A program made the translations under genes and the position numbers. Source: Octopus vulgaris (taxonomy: Eukaryota). Taken from it: a DNA stretch of 64,000 bases. Shown here one piece after another: positions 1-12,039 of this stretch. Location: contig OX597828.1 of assembly GCA_951406725.2 (NCBI GenBank), positions 3,782,001 through 3,846,000 on the forward strand, in the 5' to 3' direction. Numbering within the stretch: the first letter of the stretch is position 1; the number at the start of each line of letters is the position of its first letter. The notes below the pieces were generated by a model that was not told where the DNA came from, did not search any database, and saw only the letters and a program-made list of their open reading frames with translations.

Positions 1-934
1 GCTCTCACCCACCGTCGCAATCTGTAATCGTTTTTTTTTATTGACGTAAGAACGCATTTTCAAGCTGTTAAAAAAACTGGATGAAAGATTTTGAGGATTG
101 TCTGTCGTATGGTTTTGGTTTCTAGAAGTGTTGTACAAATATGATTTTTAGAGGAGATACTGGAGTTCACTGGGCGGGGTATGTGATATTGGTGGTTTGC
201 ACCACCTCATATGTCATGTGTTTTTATCAGTTTTTATCATTGTTGCTAACAGTTGTTCTCATAATGCCGGTTGCCTTACTCAATATGACGGTTAACATTC
301 AAACCAGAATATCATAGAGAATAGTAAAAAGTAGCCTGCATATGTATTTTCATAATTTTATGTCATCGATAGAAGAAAAAAATGTTACGAAAGTAATTAG
401 TGATTCGTTATTTTCCAAGGAATGTTTCTTGATGATGTTATATAAAAGTCACCCTTTATCAAAGATGCCTGCGAGGAAGGTTTTTTTTTACATTTTACCT
501 GACACATCGTGTAATTAGCTCTACATTAACTAAATTGTCATTCTTTTTCTTTTGTTTCATTGTATATTTTACATATTTGATTTATTGTATATTTTACATA
601 TGTTCTCGTATGTTAAGGAACTACATAGAGAGGCCTATGACGGTCCTGGACTTCCTGTTACTTTCCAAGCAGTCTGATAGTAGGTTATCTGTAAACAGTG
701 TTGTGTAAAGAAGTATTCTTGACCAGCTGTGTTTAGTAATATGATCTCGTAGCACAGTTATGTATTCTATCATGTATACATACATACTTACATATACACA
801 TATATGTATTATATATATTTTCATACATACAAACAAACATATATATATATATAGATATAAATTATTTGGAAATGGATGCCTGGCGTTCGATTATATAATA
901 ATATAAATAATATATAAGTATCTGTATATATACA

Positions 935-1640
935 TACATATATGTACACACCTACATATCTATGTATATATGCATGCATATATGGGTACAGGACATAAAA
1001 AACGTGAATAAAAAGAGAAACGAAAACATAAAAAATTCATTAAAAAAAAGATTTTTTTTCGAACAACGAAAGAAACAAATAGAGAAACGAGACAGGAAAC
1101 AAACATAAAAAAACATTCCCTTCATCAGTTGTCCCCTGTTTTTTCTACTCAGGACAGTGAAAACAAAACAGTAAAAACAAACGGTGAAGGTTGTTAGGCC
1201 AAAATGATGTGAAGTGGTGAACGCTGGAAAAACGAGCTTTGAGAAGGGACAGGTAAAAGTACGTTTTGTCTTAAGGAAGGAAGTGGAAGAAAGAAAGCTG
1301 GATAGCCGTTGATCACGTGTGAGCAACGAGAGAGTCAAGGAAGAGGAGTGAAAGAGAGAGGGAACGGTGAAAGAGAGAGAAGAATGGGGAAATGGTGGGA
1401 GGGAAAAACAGAAAGGAAAAAGAACAAGAGAGGGAGATAGAGAGAAAAAATAGAGATAGAATAAGAATACGCCTCTATTATTTCTATCTCCATGCCTCAC
1501 TGTCCTGTTTTTGTTACCACTTTGACTCTCTGCAAAAAATTTCAAATTTTATTTAATTTGCTTTGCGGGAAGGACCCTTTTAACGAAGTCTCGTCTTGTC
1601 CTGATCTTCGAAATGCGGAGTAGATAAAACAGGGGACCAC
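935..1640 (-). mobile_element. Family-A non-coding (TA)n-embedded element, rearranged copy with inverted 3' segment
   Basis: Shares 'gtacaggac...ttcccttcatcagttgtcc' and GA-rich block with 3728-4899, 17995-18730, 20663-21340 and 39941-40810; 1545-1640 is in inverted orientation. Confidence 0.7.
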
Positions 1641-1814
1641 AGAAAACAATTGTTTAAAATGCCATGGCAATTTAAACATTAGAAATGTAGGTGAGAAAAC
1701 AGACGGCAAGGAAGGAATTTGACATGAAAAATATCAAGTCAAAGTCAGAGTCCGGTTATAATGTTTCTTAGTTGCTCAGCGAGGGTTTAAAATTTCTCCG
1801 TCATTGTACGTAAA

Positions 1815-2203
1815 AATACCCGCCAGGAAAAAAAACCAACAACATATATCCTGCTGCATTTAAACTAAAAGTTATTGAAGTTGCTGAGAAGACAAATAAC
1901 TGTGTAGCAGCAAGAGAATTTTGAATTTGTGAATCGATCGTTGATTCATGGAAGAGAATATCAGTTGAAACTATTGTCAGATCATGCAAGAAATGTGGAA
2001 TTTCGAATGCATTGGATGGTACAGAAGACAATTGTCTATGGGATGACATGGATTGCGAAGACGTGGATGATGTGCTTCGTCTAACCATGGACAGCAAAGA
2101 TGAAGATGAAGAGAACCCTTACGATGACATCCTTCATCCTGATGATTACAAAACTTTACGCAGTGCTGAAGATGGTGAGCAGCGTGACTTTTTTGGATTT
2201 TAA
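1815..2203 (+). mobile_element. Internally deleted pogo/Tigger-type transposase relic
   Basis: Reads YPAAFKLKVIEVAEKTNNCVAAREF* (Brinker-type HTH) directly into SWKRISVETIVRSCKKCGISNALDGTEDNCLW plus acidic tail (pogo C-terminus). Confidence 0.7.
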
Positions 2204-3114
2204 TGAACTTTTGTGTGTAAAATGTTTAAGATGTACCACGTGCCGTGATTGCACTTTAAAGGCTGTGTTACCGTAAATTTCTATTTCACTTTTGTTTGCA
2301 TAAAGAAAAAAATGCAAATTTATTGATTCGTATTGACATTCTTTAATTATTTTGATATTTATTTTAGCTTCACTAAATTTATAAAAAATAAAAATGCAAC
2401 ACAGGAATTGTTACGGTAGTCTCAAATCCGGGCCCAGAAGAATAAAACGTTTCCAGTGGAGAATGTTGGTGGTGGAAAGTGGTGTTGTGCTTCTACTTCT
2501 TTTATCAATTTTGGTATTTAAAACATTAAGTTGCATTTAATTAATTAGAAATGAAAATGCACCACTAATATACTGCGCCATAATACACTTGTGATGAGTG
2601 TGACTTTAACCATGTATATGAAAACAGTTTAATGCTATTGAAGAGTTATTACGTAGGTAGTGGCACGCCGTAACCTGGTGGATATGTGACCGGTGGTAAT
2701 ATAACAAAATTATAAGACATAAATTGATTCCACTCAGCTAGTCTGTTAAGTTTGGGGGATACAAAAAAAAAGAGTAAGGGCAAATAATTATAAGAGCTAC
2801 GCGGTCTTGTTGATGAGTTATCTTATTTACTAGGACGTGTGTTTTGATGCACAAATTACTGTAACTCATTTTTTTCGCATAGAGATTAATTGGGCTTCAG
2901 CTGCTGATACGGTAGTTTGGATTCTAGCTTTAATTTAAGCCCCTCGAAAGTAGTATCCATATAATAGTCGACTCCATAAATTTGGCATTCACAAATGGTC
3001 TAAAAAATAAATTCATTTTTTATGCGAGTACATACGGTATCCAAAATTCTGACTGCCCTATTTCCTAATATATACTATCTGTACATCACTTCAAACACGC
3101 TACTCACACGCACA

Positions 3115-3195
<81 letters not shown>

Positions 3196-3369
3196 ACCCG
3201 CACGCACATTCACACACGTGCGCGCAAACACACATATGTACGACGGATTTCTTTCAGTTTCCGTCTACCATTCATAAGGATTTCTTTAGGTCTAGGTTAT
3301 AATGGAAGACACTTAACGAGGATGACCACGCAGTGAGACTAAATCCAAACCCATGTGGTCCTTACCACG

Positions 3370-3465
<96 letters not shown>

Positions 3466-3619
3466 CAGAGATAGACAGATAGATAGATAGAGATAGAGAG
3501 AGAGAGAATCAGACACAGAAATAGCGTGTGATTAAGTAGTATACTCATATCTCATAATAAATCGCCAGAGGAACAAGAAACAACCTGTAGTTGTTCTTTC
3601 ATTAAACAAATACACATAA

Positions 3620-3671
<52 letters not shown>

Positions 3672-3947
3672 GTGTGTGTGCGTGTGTGTGTGTGCATATG
3701 TATGTATATATATATATATATGTATATATAGTGAAATAAATAAAATATATGCATACATACAAACATATATGTACGTACCTACATCTACATGTACATATAC
3801 ATGCATATATAAATATATACGTAAGTACAGGACACCACAACTAGACGTAGAACTCAACGAGAAACAAAAACGGAAAAACAAGCATGGAACAAACCATTTT
3901 TTTACAACAGAAAAACAGAGTACAAGACAAACTACACAAGGAAAAGT

Positions 3948-4007
3948 CCCCTTCATCAGCTGTCTCTAGTTCAACTCTAGCGTGTTTCGAAGGTAGGACA
4001 GAACACG
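3948..4007 (-). ncRNA. Hammerhead ribozyme, non-circularly permuted (predicted)
   Basis: Minus strand CGUGU-U-CUGUC-cua-CCUUC-GAAA-CACG-(16 nt)-GACAG-CUGAUGA-a-GGGG; all three stems pair. Confidence 0.7.
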
Positions 4008-4757
4008 ACTCGTCGAAACTAGCCCTTCCTGCGAGAGAATTAAAATAAAATTACTTCGCAGAGGGGTAAAAACAAGAAAGAAAAAAAAATGTAACACAAA
4101 CAGGAGGTAAAAACGATACAAATAAAAATACAAAATAAATTACAAGATAAAAATACATGTACAAGAAAATACCATACGAGAAATAAAAATAAACAAGAAA
4201 ACAAACGAAAAGGCTTTTTTCTGGCTTAGACGGAGGAGATTCTGGCAGCGCAAGGGAAAGCAAATGTGTGTTCACAGTTTGAAGGCCGCATGTAAAAAGT
4301 GAGTAGTTTTGGCTAGCAGTGACAAAGTTGAGGAGGAGTTAGAGAGAGAGAGATAGAGGAAGACAAGCGGCTGAGAGAGAGATGAGGAAGAGTGAAAGAG
4401 CGAGAGAAGGGAAAGTAAAGCAAAGAGATAAAGAATTTCGCGTCATAATTAATATATAAAACAGTACTTGGAGAAGAAGAAGAACGGAACGAAACGAACG
4501 AATCGAATCGAATCGACGCGAGGGCGCTGTCAAACAATAGTGTAATAAATAAAATATATGCATACACACAAACATATATGTACGTACCTACATCTACATG
4601 TACATATACATGCATATATAAATATATACGTAAGTACAGGACACCACAACTAGACGTAGAACTCAACGAGAAACGAAAACGGAAAAAGAAGCATGGAACA
4701 AACCATTTTTTTTACAACAGAAAAACAGAGTACAAGACAAACTACACAAGGAAAAAT

Positions 4758-4817
4758 CCCCTTCATCAGCTCTCTCTAGTTCAACTCTAGCGTGTTTCGA
4801 AGGTAAGACAGAACACG
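4758..4817 (-). ncRNA. Permuted hammerhead, second copy in tandem unit
   Basis: Same motif 810 bp downstream, one stem I mismatch. Confidence 0.65.
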
Positions 4818-4959
4818 ACTCGTCGAAACTAATCCTTCCTGCGAGAGAATTAAAATAAAATTACTTCGCAGAGGGGTAAAAACAAGAAGGAAAAAAAATA
4901 TGTATGTATATACATACATACATAAACACACACACACATATATATATATATAGTTTTTT

Positions 4960-5115
4960 TTCTGTTATTCGTTTACTTGTTTCAGTAACTTGACTGCGGC
5001 CATGCAGTGAACGGCTTCAGTCGAACAAATCGATCCCGGGACATTTTTCTAAAGCCTAGTACTTATTGTATCGGGGTCTTTTTGCCGAACCGCTAAGTTA
5101 CGTGGATGTAATCAC
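4960..5115 (-). mobile_element. SINE family 2, 3' half
   Basis: Reverse complement of 'taacttagcggttcggcaaaag...gactgaaacaagtaa' seen at 12520-12655. Confidence 0.75.
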
Positions 5116-5134
5116 TAACCCATTTTGATTGCAA

Positions 5135-6260
5135 GACTAGCTACTTCTACTATCTTGCCAAAATCGATAAGAATCAAACTAGTAAGAATACATGTAAAGA
5201 ACCAACTTCAAGTTGCATAAGCATAAAATATCCCACCGACCCTAAATTTAGACCAATTGTAGAAGGCCCGATCTGTGAAGCACACAGATTCAATACATTT
5301 TTAAATATATAGCTAAAACCTATATTCTAAAATACCTACCAAATCTCGTAAGAGACGATCTGGACTTAAACGACCTCACAGATTCCCGAAACAATGATAT
5401 CATTTTTGAATCTTTTGATGTGGTAAACCTCTGTACCACTATCCCACACCGATATGGACTAGATGGAATACATTTCTCGCTTGAGTACTTCCTTCTCGAA
5501 ATTCCGGACAGAATTGAAAAAGTTTCATCATTGAAAGCTTAAAGTTTATCCTCGAAGACAACTTTTTTGACTGGGACTGCGATGAGGACAAAAGTTGCTC
5601 CGACTGGCGCCAATCGAGTAATGGCTTACATAGAGGTCCAAATATATGAATAATCAAATCTAAATTGGGCTTGAACTTCGACAAATATCTACAAGAAAAC
5701 TGTAAACGTTACCTAGATGATTGCCTAAACCCACGGACGCACATATTTGAGCAGCTTATAGATTTCAAAAGCCAATTGAAACTATAATATAAACATCACC
5801 ATTGAATACAGCAGTAAAACTCAATTAACATCCCTTGATATATTAACCATCAAAAGAGATAAAATCATTAAAACAGACATTCACTACAAAGAAAAATATT
5901 CAAAACAATACTTACTGTTCTCCTCATGCAATCCCGAACACACGAAGAATAATATTCACTTTAATCTAGTAAGAAGAATCTGCACAATTGTCTCCAACTC
6001 TGAAACTCGCAATAAAAGACTGTACGAACTAAAACAACTACTACTTAAAAGACAATATCCATTAAAGTTAATAGATAACGGAATAGAACGTGGCAAAGCA
6101 ATAAATAATCCAAGAATTACGAATAACGAAAAACGCTCCAGGTAGATCCAATTATCTACCCTTTATTGCAACACACAACCAAAGACATACAGAGGCTTAC
6201 AATATTATCCACCAAACCATCCCACTACTAAGTCCCAAGAATGAAAGAGTTATTCGAAAT
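5135..6260 (+). mobile_element. Penelope-like RT relic (Neptune-like), frameshifted
   Basis: Motifs KFRPIV.GP, SFDVVNL.T.IPH, AM.TKVAPT, KRYLDDC, KQYLLFSSC.P.HTK.NI.FNL.RRICTI. Confidence 0.85.
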
Positions 6261-7147
6261 ACAGAAAATGCATTGATTTTCATTTAAACGATGGAATCGA
6301 AAGTTAAAGAGTTCCATCTTAAGGTTTGAAATTCGTTCAGAAATTTGAAAAGGTTAAAATGAAAAAACAAATCAATCGAACAATATATTAAAAAATCAGT
6401 AACATAAAGATTTATGAAGATAGTAAAGCGAAAAATCGACGTATAGCTCATTGATATTAACATCGTGAATCCTGGATTATTTAAGAGAAATTGGAGGCAA
6501 CTTTTATGTTCATTCCTGTTTCAGTTCATGATACTATGATACTGTTATTATATTGTAATTATCATTTTTATAAATTGTGTCATTATTTGTCAATGTATAT
6601 ATTGAGTGTATTGATAAGTTTTGTCGATGAATTGATTCTTATTGCTAATTAAATGTGATGTAGTTATTTACGAAAATAAAGAAAAAAGTTTAGTGATGGA
6701 TTTACTCTGTTGGCAAAAAGCATGACGATTAATTTAACAACAAAGCATTGTGTGAAAACAAGCTTCACTGAAATTTCTAAGTCACACTCCCTTTGATATA
6801 TATATATATATACATATGTGTGTGCATATATATGTATATATGTATGTGTATATATAAACAGGTTGAGTGTCCTTATTTCGTTTGTCCAATGACTCCTATA
6901 TATATGTATTTATATTATATGAAATATATATATAAATATATACATATATGTATATGTGTATGTGTGTGTGTTTGTATGAGTGTGGCTTTGTGTGTGTGTC
7001 GATATAGATAGATAGATAAAGATATAGATATAAATATGTACTCGTTTATTGTGACAGGGGATTATTTCTTTGCTTCTAAACAGGTGAGGCGCGATGACGA
7101 GAAGTACAGCCGGGCATAAGAAATCGGCGCGTCAAAGAACTCCATAC

Positions 7148-7210
<63 letters not shown>

Positions 7211-7212
<2 letters not shown>

Positions 7213-7590
7213 CTAGCAGTATCGCCCGGCGTTGCTAGGGTTTGTTTCGGCCCTTAGAATTGGAAATTTTGAAAAGTAAAAAATTTGCATTATGTAGCTT
7301 GTTATTCTCTTTTAAGTGAACATTTCTCTGGTTGAAATACACCGAAAAGTGACGACAAAGCAGTCAAAAAATCATAAAAATAGCGATTTTCTTAGAAAAA
7401 AAGCACCTTTTTGATGTAAATAATTTTTGGTGTTAACACGGTCCGATTTGAATTTTGTTTTCTTCTACGAAAGGAAGAGCAAGCCTTCTTCTATCTTACT
7501 CTTAATTTTGGTCAACTTGCACCGCAGGGTCTCAGAGGAGATAGTGTTAGTTAAAGGCTACCAAACCTGCTATACACAGACAACTTCAGC

Positions 7591-7598
<8 letters not shown>
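7211..7598 (+). mobile_element. Non-autonomous Helitron/Helentron-like element
   Basis: Begins TACTAGC..cccggcgttgc, ends in (TA)n; resembles termini of invertebrate non-autonomous Helitrons. Confidence 0.5.
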
Positions 7599-7670
<72 letters not shown>

Positions 7671-8302
7671 TGCAGCTATTTAAGAACAGAAAAACCGTCA
7701 TTTGTGTCAAAATATTGTCATTACTTTGAAACCGCGACCTGTTCACTGACAAAACTTACCGCTGCATCTGAGAGAATAACAGTTAGGTCATGATATATAT
7801 GTGTTTATGTATGTATGCATGTATGTATGTATGTATGTATGTATGTATGTATATATGTATGTGTATGCATGTATGTGTGTATGCATGTATGTGTGCATGT
7901 ATGTATATGCATACGTGCGCATGCATATACGCATGTACACATGTATGTATGTATATATGTATGTATTTGAACATTTACGTATGCAAGTGTGTAGACGTGT
8001 CTGCGTGTGTGTAGATGTGTATGTACAAGTAAATGTGTGTTTATGTACTGATATGTGTGTCTGGTCAAGTTGTATATATAACTGTTATTCCATCGAAGGT
8101 TGTATATATATATATATTACTTACACCACCATGTAAGGGTGAATGGCTAGAATATCTTAGATACATACATGCGAATATAAACATATCTGAACATATGTAG
8201 AAGTATATACACTATCTCATAAACATATGCACACACATATTTACGCATAATCTTACAACATACACATATAGAACGTTTATCCATCTACAGATATATCTCT
8301 CA

Positions 8303-8482
8303 TGGGTCCGCTTTCCCGGTTTCAATGGCGTATGCGACGCCAGTCCATCGCAGCGTTACTCATTTTTGCCAGCTGAGTGGACTGAAGCAACGTGAAATGA
8401 AGTGTTTTGCTCAGTCCAGGAATCGAAACCACAATCTTACGATCTTGATTCTGACACCCTAATCAATAAGTCACGCGCCTCC
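8303..8482 (-). mobile_element. tRNA-derived SINE family 3
   Basis: Reverse complement matches 51769-51985 (ttcacgttgct.cagtccactcagctggcaaaaatgagtaa). Confidence 0.7.
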
Positions 8483-8490
8483 ACCCCCCC

Positions 8491-8536
<46 letters not shown>

Positions 8537-8764
8537 CACATATATATAGGTATATACATACATATACATGCTTATACAAAGTCATGCACACGTACATACA
8601 CACACACACACATCTACATATACGTACATACATATAAATCTATGTACACTCATACAACTATATATTATTACACATAAACACACATATCTATAAAGTATCC
8701 AACATGTATATATGAATTTCTACATGTAAATGAGAGAAAGAGGTGATTATAAAAGGGTATTACT

Positions 8765-8999
8765 GGCAAGGCGGCGAGCTGGCAGAAACGTTAGCACGCC
8801 GGGCGAAATGCTTAGCGGTATTTCGTCTGCGTTACGTTGTGAGTTCAAATTCCGCCGAGGTCGACTTTGCCTTTCATCCTTTCGGGGTCGATAAATTAAG
8901 TACCAGTTACGCACTAGAGTCGATGTAATCGACTTAATCCGTTTGTCTGTCCTTGTTTGTCCCCTCTGTGGTTAGCCCCTTGTGGGTAATAAAGAAATA
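8765..8999 (+). mobile_element. tRNA-derived SINE family 1, full length
   Basis: B-box-like gagttcaaattcc; core gtcgactttgcctttcatcctttcggggtcgataaa; 9-bp TSD ggtattact. Confidence 0.9.
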
Positions 9000-9771
9000 G
9001 GTATTACTCCATTCCAATCTGGGTGTTACCCCCGTTTGGATTTACGGTTGCACATACATGCATACATACTTGCATGTTTGTGTATATATGTATACATACA
9101 CACACATATACATATGTATGTTGTCACTCAGACACACAGTCACTCATACAAACGCACATATACACGCACGTATATCTGTTTGCGTGTATGTGTATTCGTA
9201 GTGTTATCATTATTGATTTCAAGAACTGAATGTCACTAGTTCTTCCTTTTCGTTCTGAATGATATAGACAATGTCATCTGAATGTAAAAGGATATTTTGA
9301 TCCAATTATTGCTAAATGACATATGATACATCCTGAATTCTGAAGTCTACAGTGCGATTTAGATATAATTCAGAATAATTTAAGTCGTCTACTTCTGTAT
9401 AATGCATGATTTATATATAATTTTCTCTTCGTATACGTTCAAATTCCACCATAGCAAGGCCTGTCGTTCATGTTAGAAGGAACGTTCATACATAGTTTTT
9501 GTTGTTGTTTCATACCAGGTCACAACTCATCAAACACTTGCTTGATTTTTATCAGCCTTTGTAGGCACCAGTTCAATATATCTCTATGGCATATGATGCA
9601 GGTTAAGAAACAACGGCTTTACCTTGAGATCTTTAAAAGACGGAAACAGTGACATTTCCATATCATGTGATATCATAAATACGGTAAGAAATATATATCC
9701 AGGTATAATTCGGCTAATTGGGTAATTTCTGTAATACCGAGGTGAACGGTGAGTGTCATGGAATTATTGAA

Positions 9772-10208
9772 CAGGCTTGGCTGTCTGGTAAGAAGCTTGA
9801 TTCCTATCCACATGGTTCCGGGTTCACATTCTGGCAAGTGTCTAGTACTATAGTCCCGAGCCAACTAAAGCCTTGTGAGTGTATGTGGTGGATGGAAACT
9901 GAAAGAAGACCATCGCGTGTATATATATATATACATACACACATACATACATGTATATATATGTGTGTGTGTGTGCGTGTGTATATGTATGTCCTCGTTT
10001 CTGTGCTTGTTCCTCTCCACCACCTGACAACAAGTGTGGGTGTGTTTACGCCCCCATAACTTAGCGGTTAGGCAAAAGAGTCCGATAGAATAAGTGCCGC
10101 TGTTAGCAAGATCTTTGTACCAGGGTCGACTCGTTCGACTAAAACAATTCTTCAAGGCTCTGCCCCAACAACATGGCCGCAGTCTAATGACGGAAACAAG
10201 TAAAAAAG
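9772..10208 (+). mobile_element. tRNA-derived SINE family 2 with internal microsatellite
   Basis: Homologous along its length to 12267-12660. Confidence 0.85.
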
Positions 10209-10508
10209 ATAACTGATAATTTGTAATTGGAGTGGCTGTGAGGTGGAAGGGGTAGGAAAGAACGAGAGGGCATCAAGTGTGTGGATAGGTACAAGCAAAA
10301 GAGTGGAGGAGAGGAGAGGTGTAGGGTCTGCAGCAGATGCTGGGGAGATGAAGATGTTGGGAAGGAGACTCCTTACCACACAGGCACGGCTACGCTTTAT
10401 TGGATAAAACCATACTAGTGCATAAAATATTTCATTATGCCCCGATGCTCTTTATTTTTCGGTCTTAAATATACCATTGTTCCATCAGCAATGGTATCAT
10501 TAATAAGA

Positions 10509-10742
10509 CTAAGCGGCGAGCTGGCTTAATCGTTAGCACGCCGGGCAAAATACATAGCCGTATTTCGTCTGCCGTTACGTTCTGAGTTCAAATTCCGCCG
10601 AGGTCGACTTTGCCTTTCATCCTTTCGAGGTCAATAAATTAAGTACCAGTTACGCACTAGGGTCGATGTAATCGACTTAATCCGTTTGTCTGTCCTTGTT
10701 TTTTCCCTCCGTGTTTAGCCCCTTGTGGGTAGTAAAGAAATA
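10509..10742 (+). mobile_element. tRNA-derived SINE family 1, full length
   Basis: Highly similar to 8765-8999; 16-bp TSD ggtatcattaataaga (10493-10508, 10743-10758). Confidence 0.9.
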
Positions 10743-11174
10743 GGTATCATTAATAAGAGACCAATGAAATGAGTGGGTACGTTTACCGAAGCAGCGTACA
10801 TCAGGTTACTCACTCTGGAGTTTTCGGTGTATAGTATGAGACATTTTCAACTCCATGTCAAGAAAATGATTTCATAAACATCTTCAGCAACTAATCTTTA
10901 TAGATAATAACAGTAACATCTTTGAGAGAGATTGAGTAGTTTTAACTAGACTTCAGTAAAATTATACACCTTATGCCTTAATCCATGTAATCGCTTTCAC
11001 CGGAAATGGTAGGTTAATTGGTTGACGCAACTTGTATAATACATATGCCGAAAAGGAAGAACAATGGTATATTTAAAAAGAAGAACAATGGTATATTTAA
11101 AACTGGGAAATAAAGAACATCGGTACATAATGAAATATTTTATGCACTAGTAAGATTTTGTTGAATAAAGGGCA

Positions 11175-11272
11175 GCCATGGCTGTGTGGTAAGGAATCTG
11201 CTTCCCGACCACATGATTCCTGGTTCAGTCTCACTGCATGACACCTTGGGCAAGTGTCTCCTACCATAGCCT
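11175..11272 (+). mobile_element. SINE family 2 head, interrupted at (TA)n
   Basis: tggctgtgtggtaag...ggttcagtc...accttgggcaagtgtct. Confidence 0.75.
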
Positions 11273-11278
11273 ATATAT

Positions 11279-11626
11279 AATTCATAAATGAGGGCAAAGG
11301 AAAAAAAATTTCTAATGCCAAATATGCCGAAAAATTGGACATATTGTCCATTAACCATATAATTTTTTCAGAAAGCGCACGCTACTCGAAAAAAGGTCGA
11401 CAGAAATTTCTTGCCACATGTATCACTGACGAAGAGAGGACTCTTAGTAGCTAACTCTGAAATCGATCCGATATGGTAATAATGGAATTTTTAGAAATTT
11501 CTGTCGACCTTTTTTCGAGTAGCGTGCGCTTTCTGAAAAAAATATTTGGTTAATGGACAACATGTCCAATTTTTCGGCATATTTGGCATTAGAATTTTTT
11601 TTTCCTTTGCCCTCATTTATGAATTA
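11279..11626. repeat. Fold-back element with ~135-bp inverted arms
   Basis: 11279-11411 is the near-perfect reverse complement of 11493-11626. Confidence 0.9.
11421..11478 (+). ncRNA. Type I hammerhead ribozyme (predicted)
   Basis: UAUCA-CUGACGA-AGAG..CUCU-GAAA-UCGaucCGA-U-A-UGGUA; stems I, II and III pair. Confidence 0.75.
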
Positions 11627-11822
11627 TTTATAAATTTAACAATTAAAGCTATTTTTTGATATGCTGGCCATTGATAAATTTTTTTTCGAAAGAAATTTTA
11701 TCCTCATTAGATATATATATAGTTAATCCAAACATGAAAACACCAAGAGAAAACACAACAATGCGAGGACGTGGAACAAATATAGTATTATTGGACGCTC
11801 AGGAAGGAAGGGAAGAAGGAGG

Positions 11823-11857
11823 GTTTTACGTTTCCAGCGGAGCTCTTCCTCAGAAAC
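11823..11857 (-). ncRNA. Minimal type I hammerhead (PLE-type), one stem II mismatch
   Basis: GUUU-CUGAGGA-agagcuccgcug-GAAA-CG-UA-AAAC; palindromic ACGU stem III. Confidence 0.6.
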
Positions 11858-12039
11858 ATAGGAAAAAGAAAGATCCAGAGAAGGGAAGACGGAAGAAAAA
11901 AATCGCCAACGGTACACACGCGGTCACATGTCTGTGTGTGTGTGTGTGTGTGAGAGAGTGTGTGTGTATGTGTGCGTGTGTGTGTGAATGTGAATGTGTG
12001 TGTGTGTGTGTGAGTGTGTAGACACACACACACATCTGT

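Larger units (their letters stand above)
3728..4899 (-). mobile_element. Family-A element as partial tandem: ~360-bp direct repeats (3728-4090, 4537-4899), ~810-bp period, no ORF
   Basis: Near-identical direct repeats visible; flanked by TA/CA microsatellite; each repeat holds an HHR motif. Confidence 0.85.

Noticed and set aside
1-780. Possible PLE N-terminal relic on minus strand
   Set aside because: No diagnostic motif recoverable; too decayed to call
3948-3993. Reading the family-A motif as an ordinary type II hammerhead
   Set aside because: No consistent stem III-UH-stem I hairpins between GAAA and CUGAUGA; the pairing partners lie upstream in all copies
7090-7135. HHR-like gcgcg-aUGACGA..GAAAucg
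   Set aside because: C3 missing, no stem II or III
8765-8860. tRNA gene
   Set aside because: SINE head with Pol III boxes, no cloverleaf, followed by SINE body and TSD
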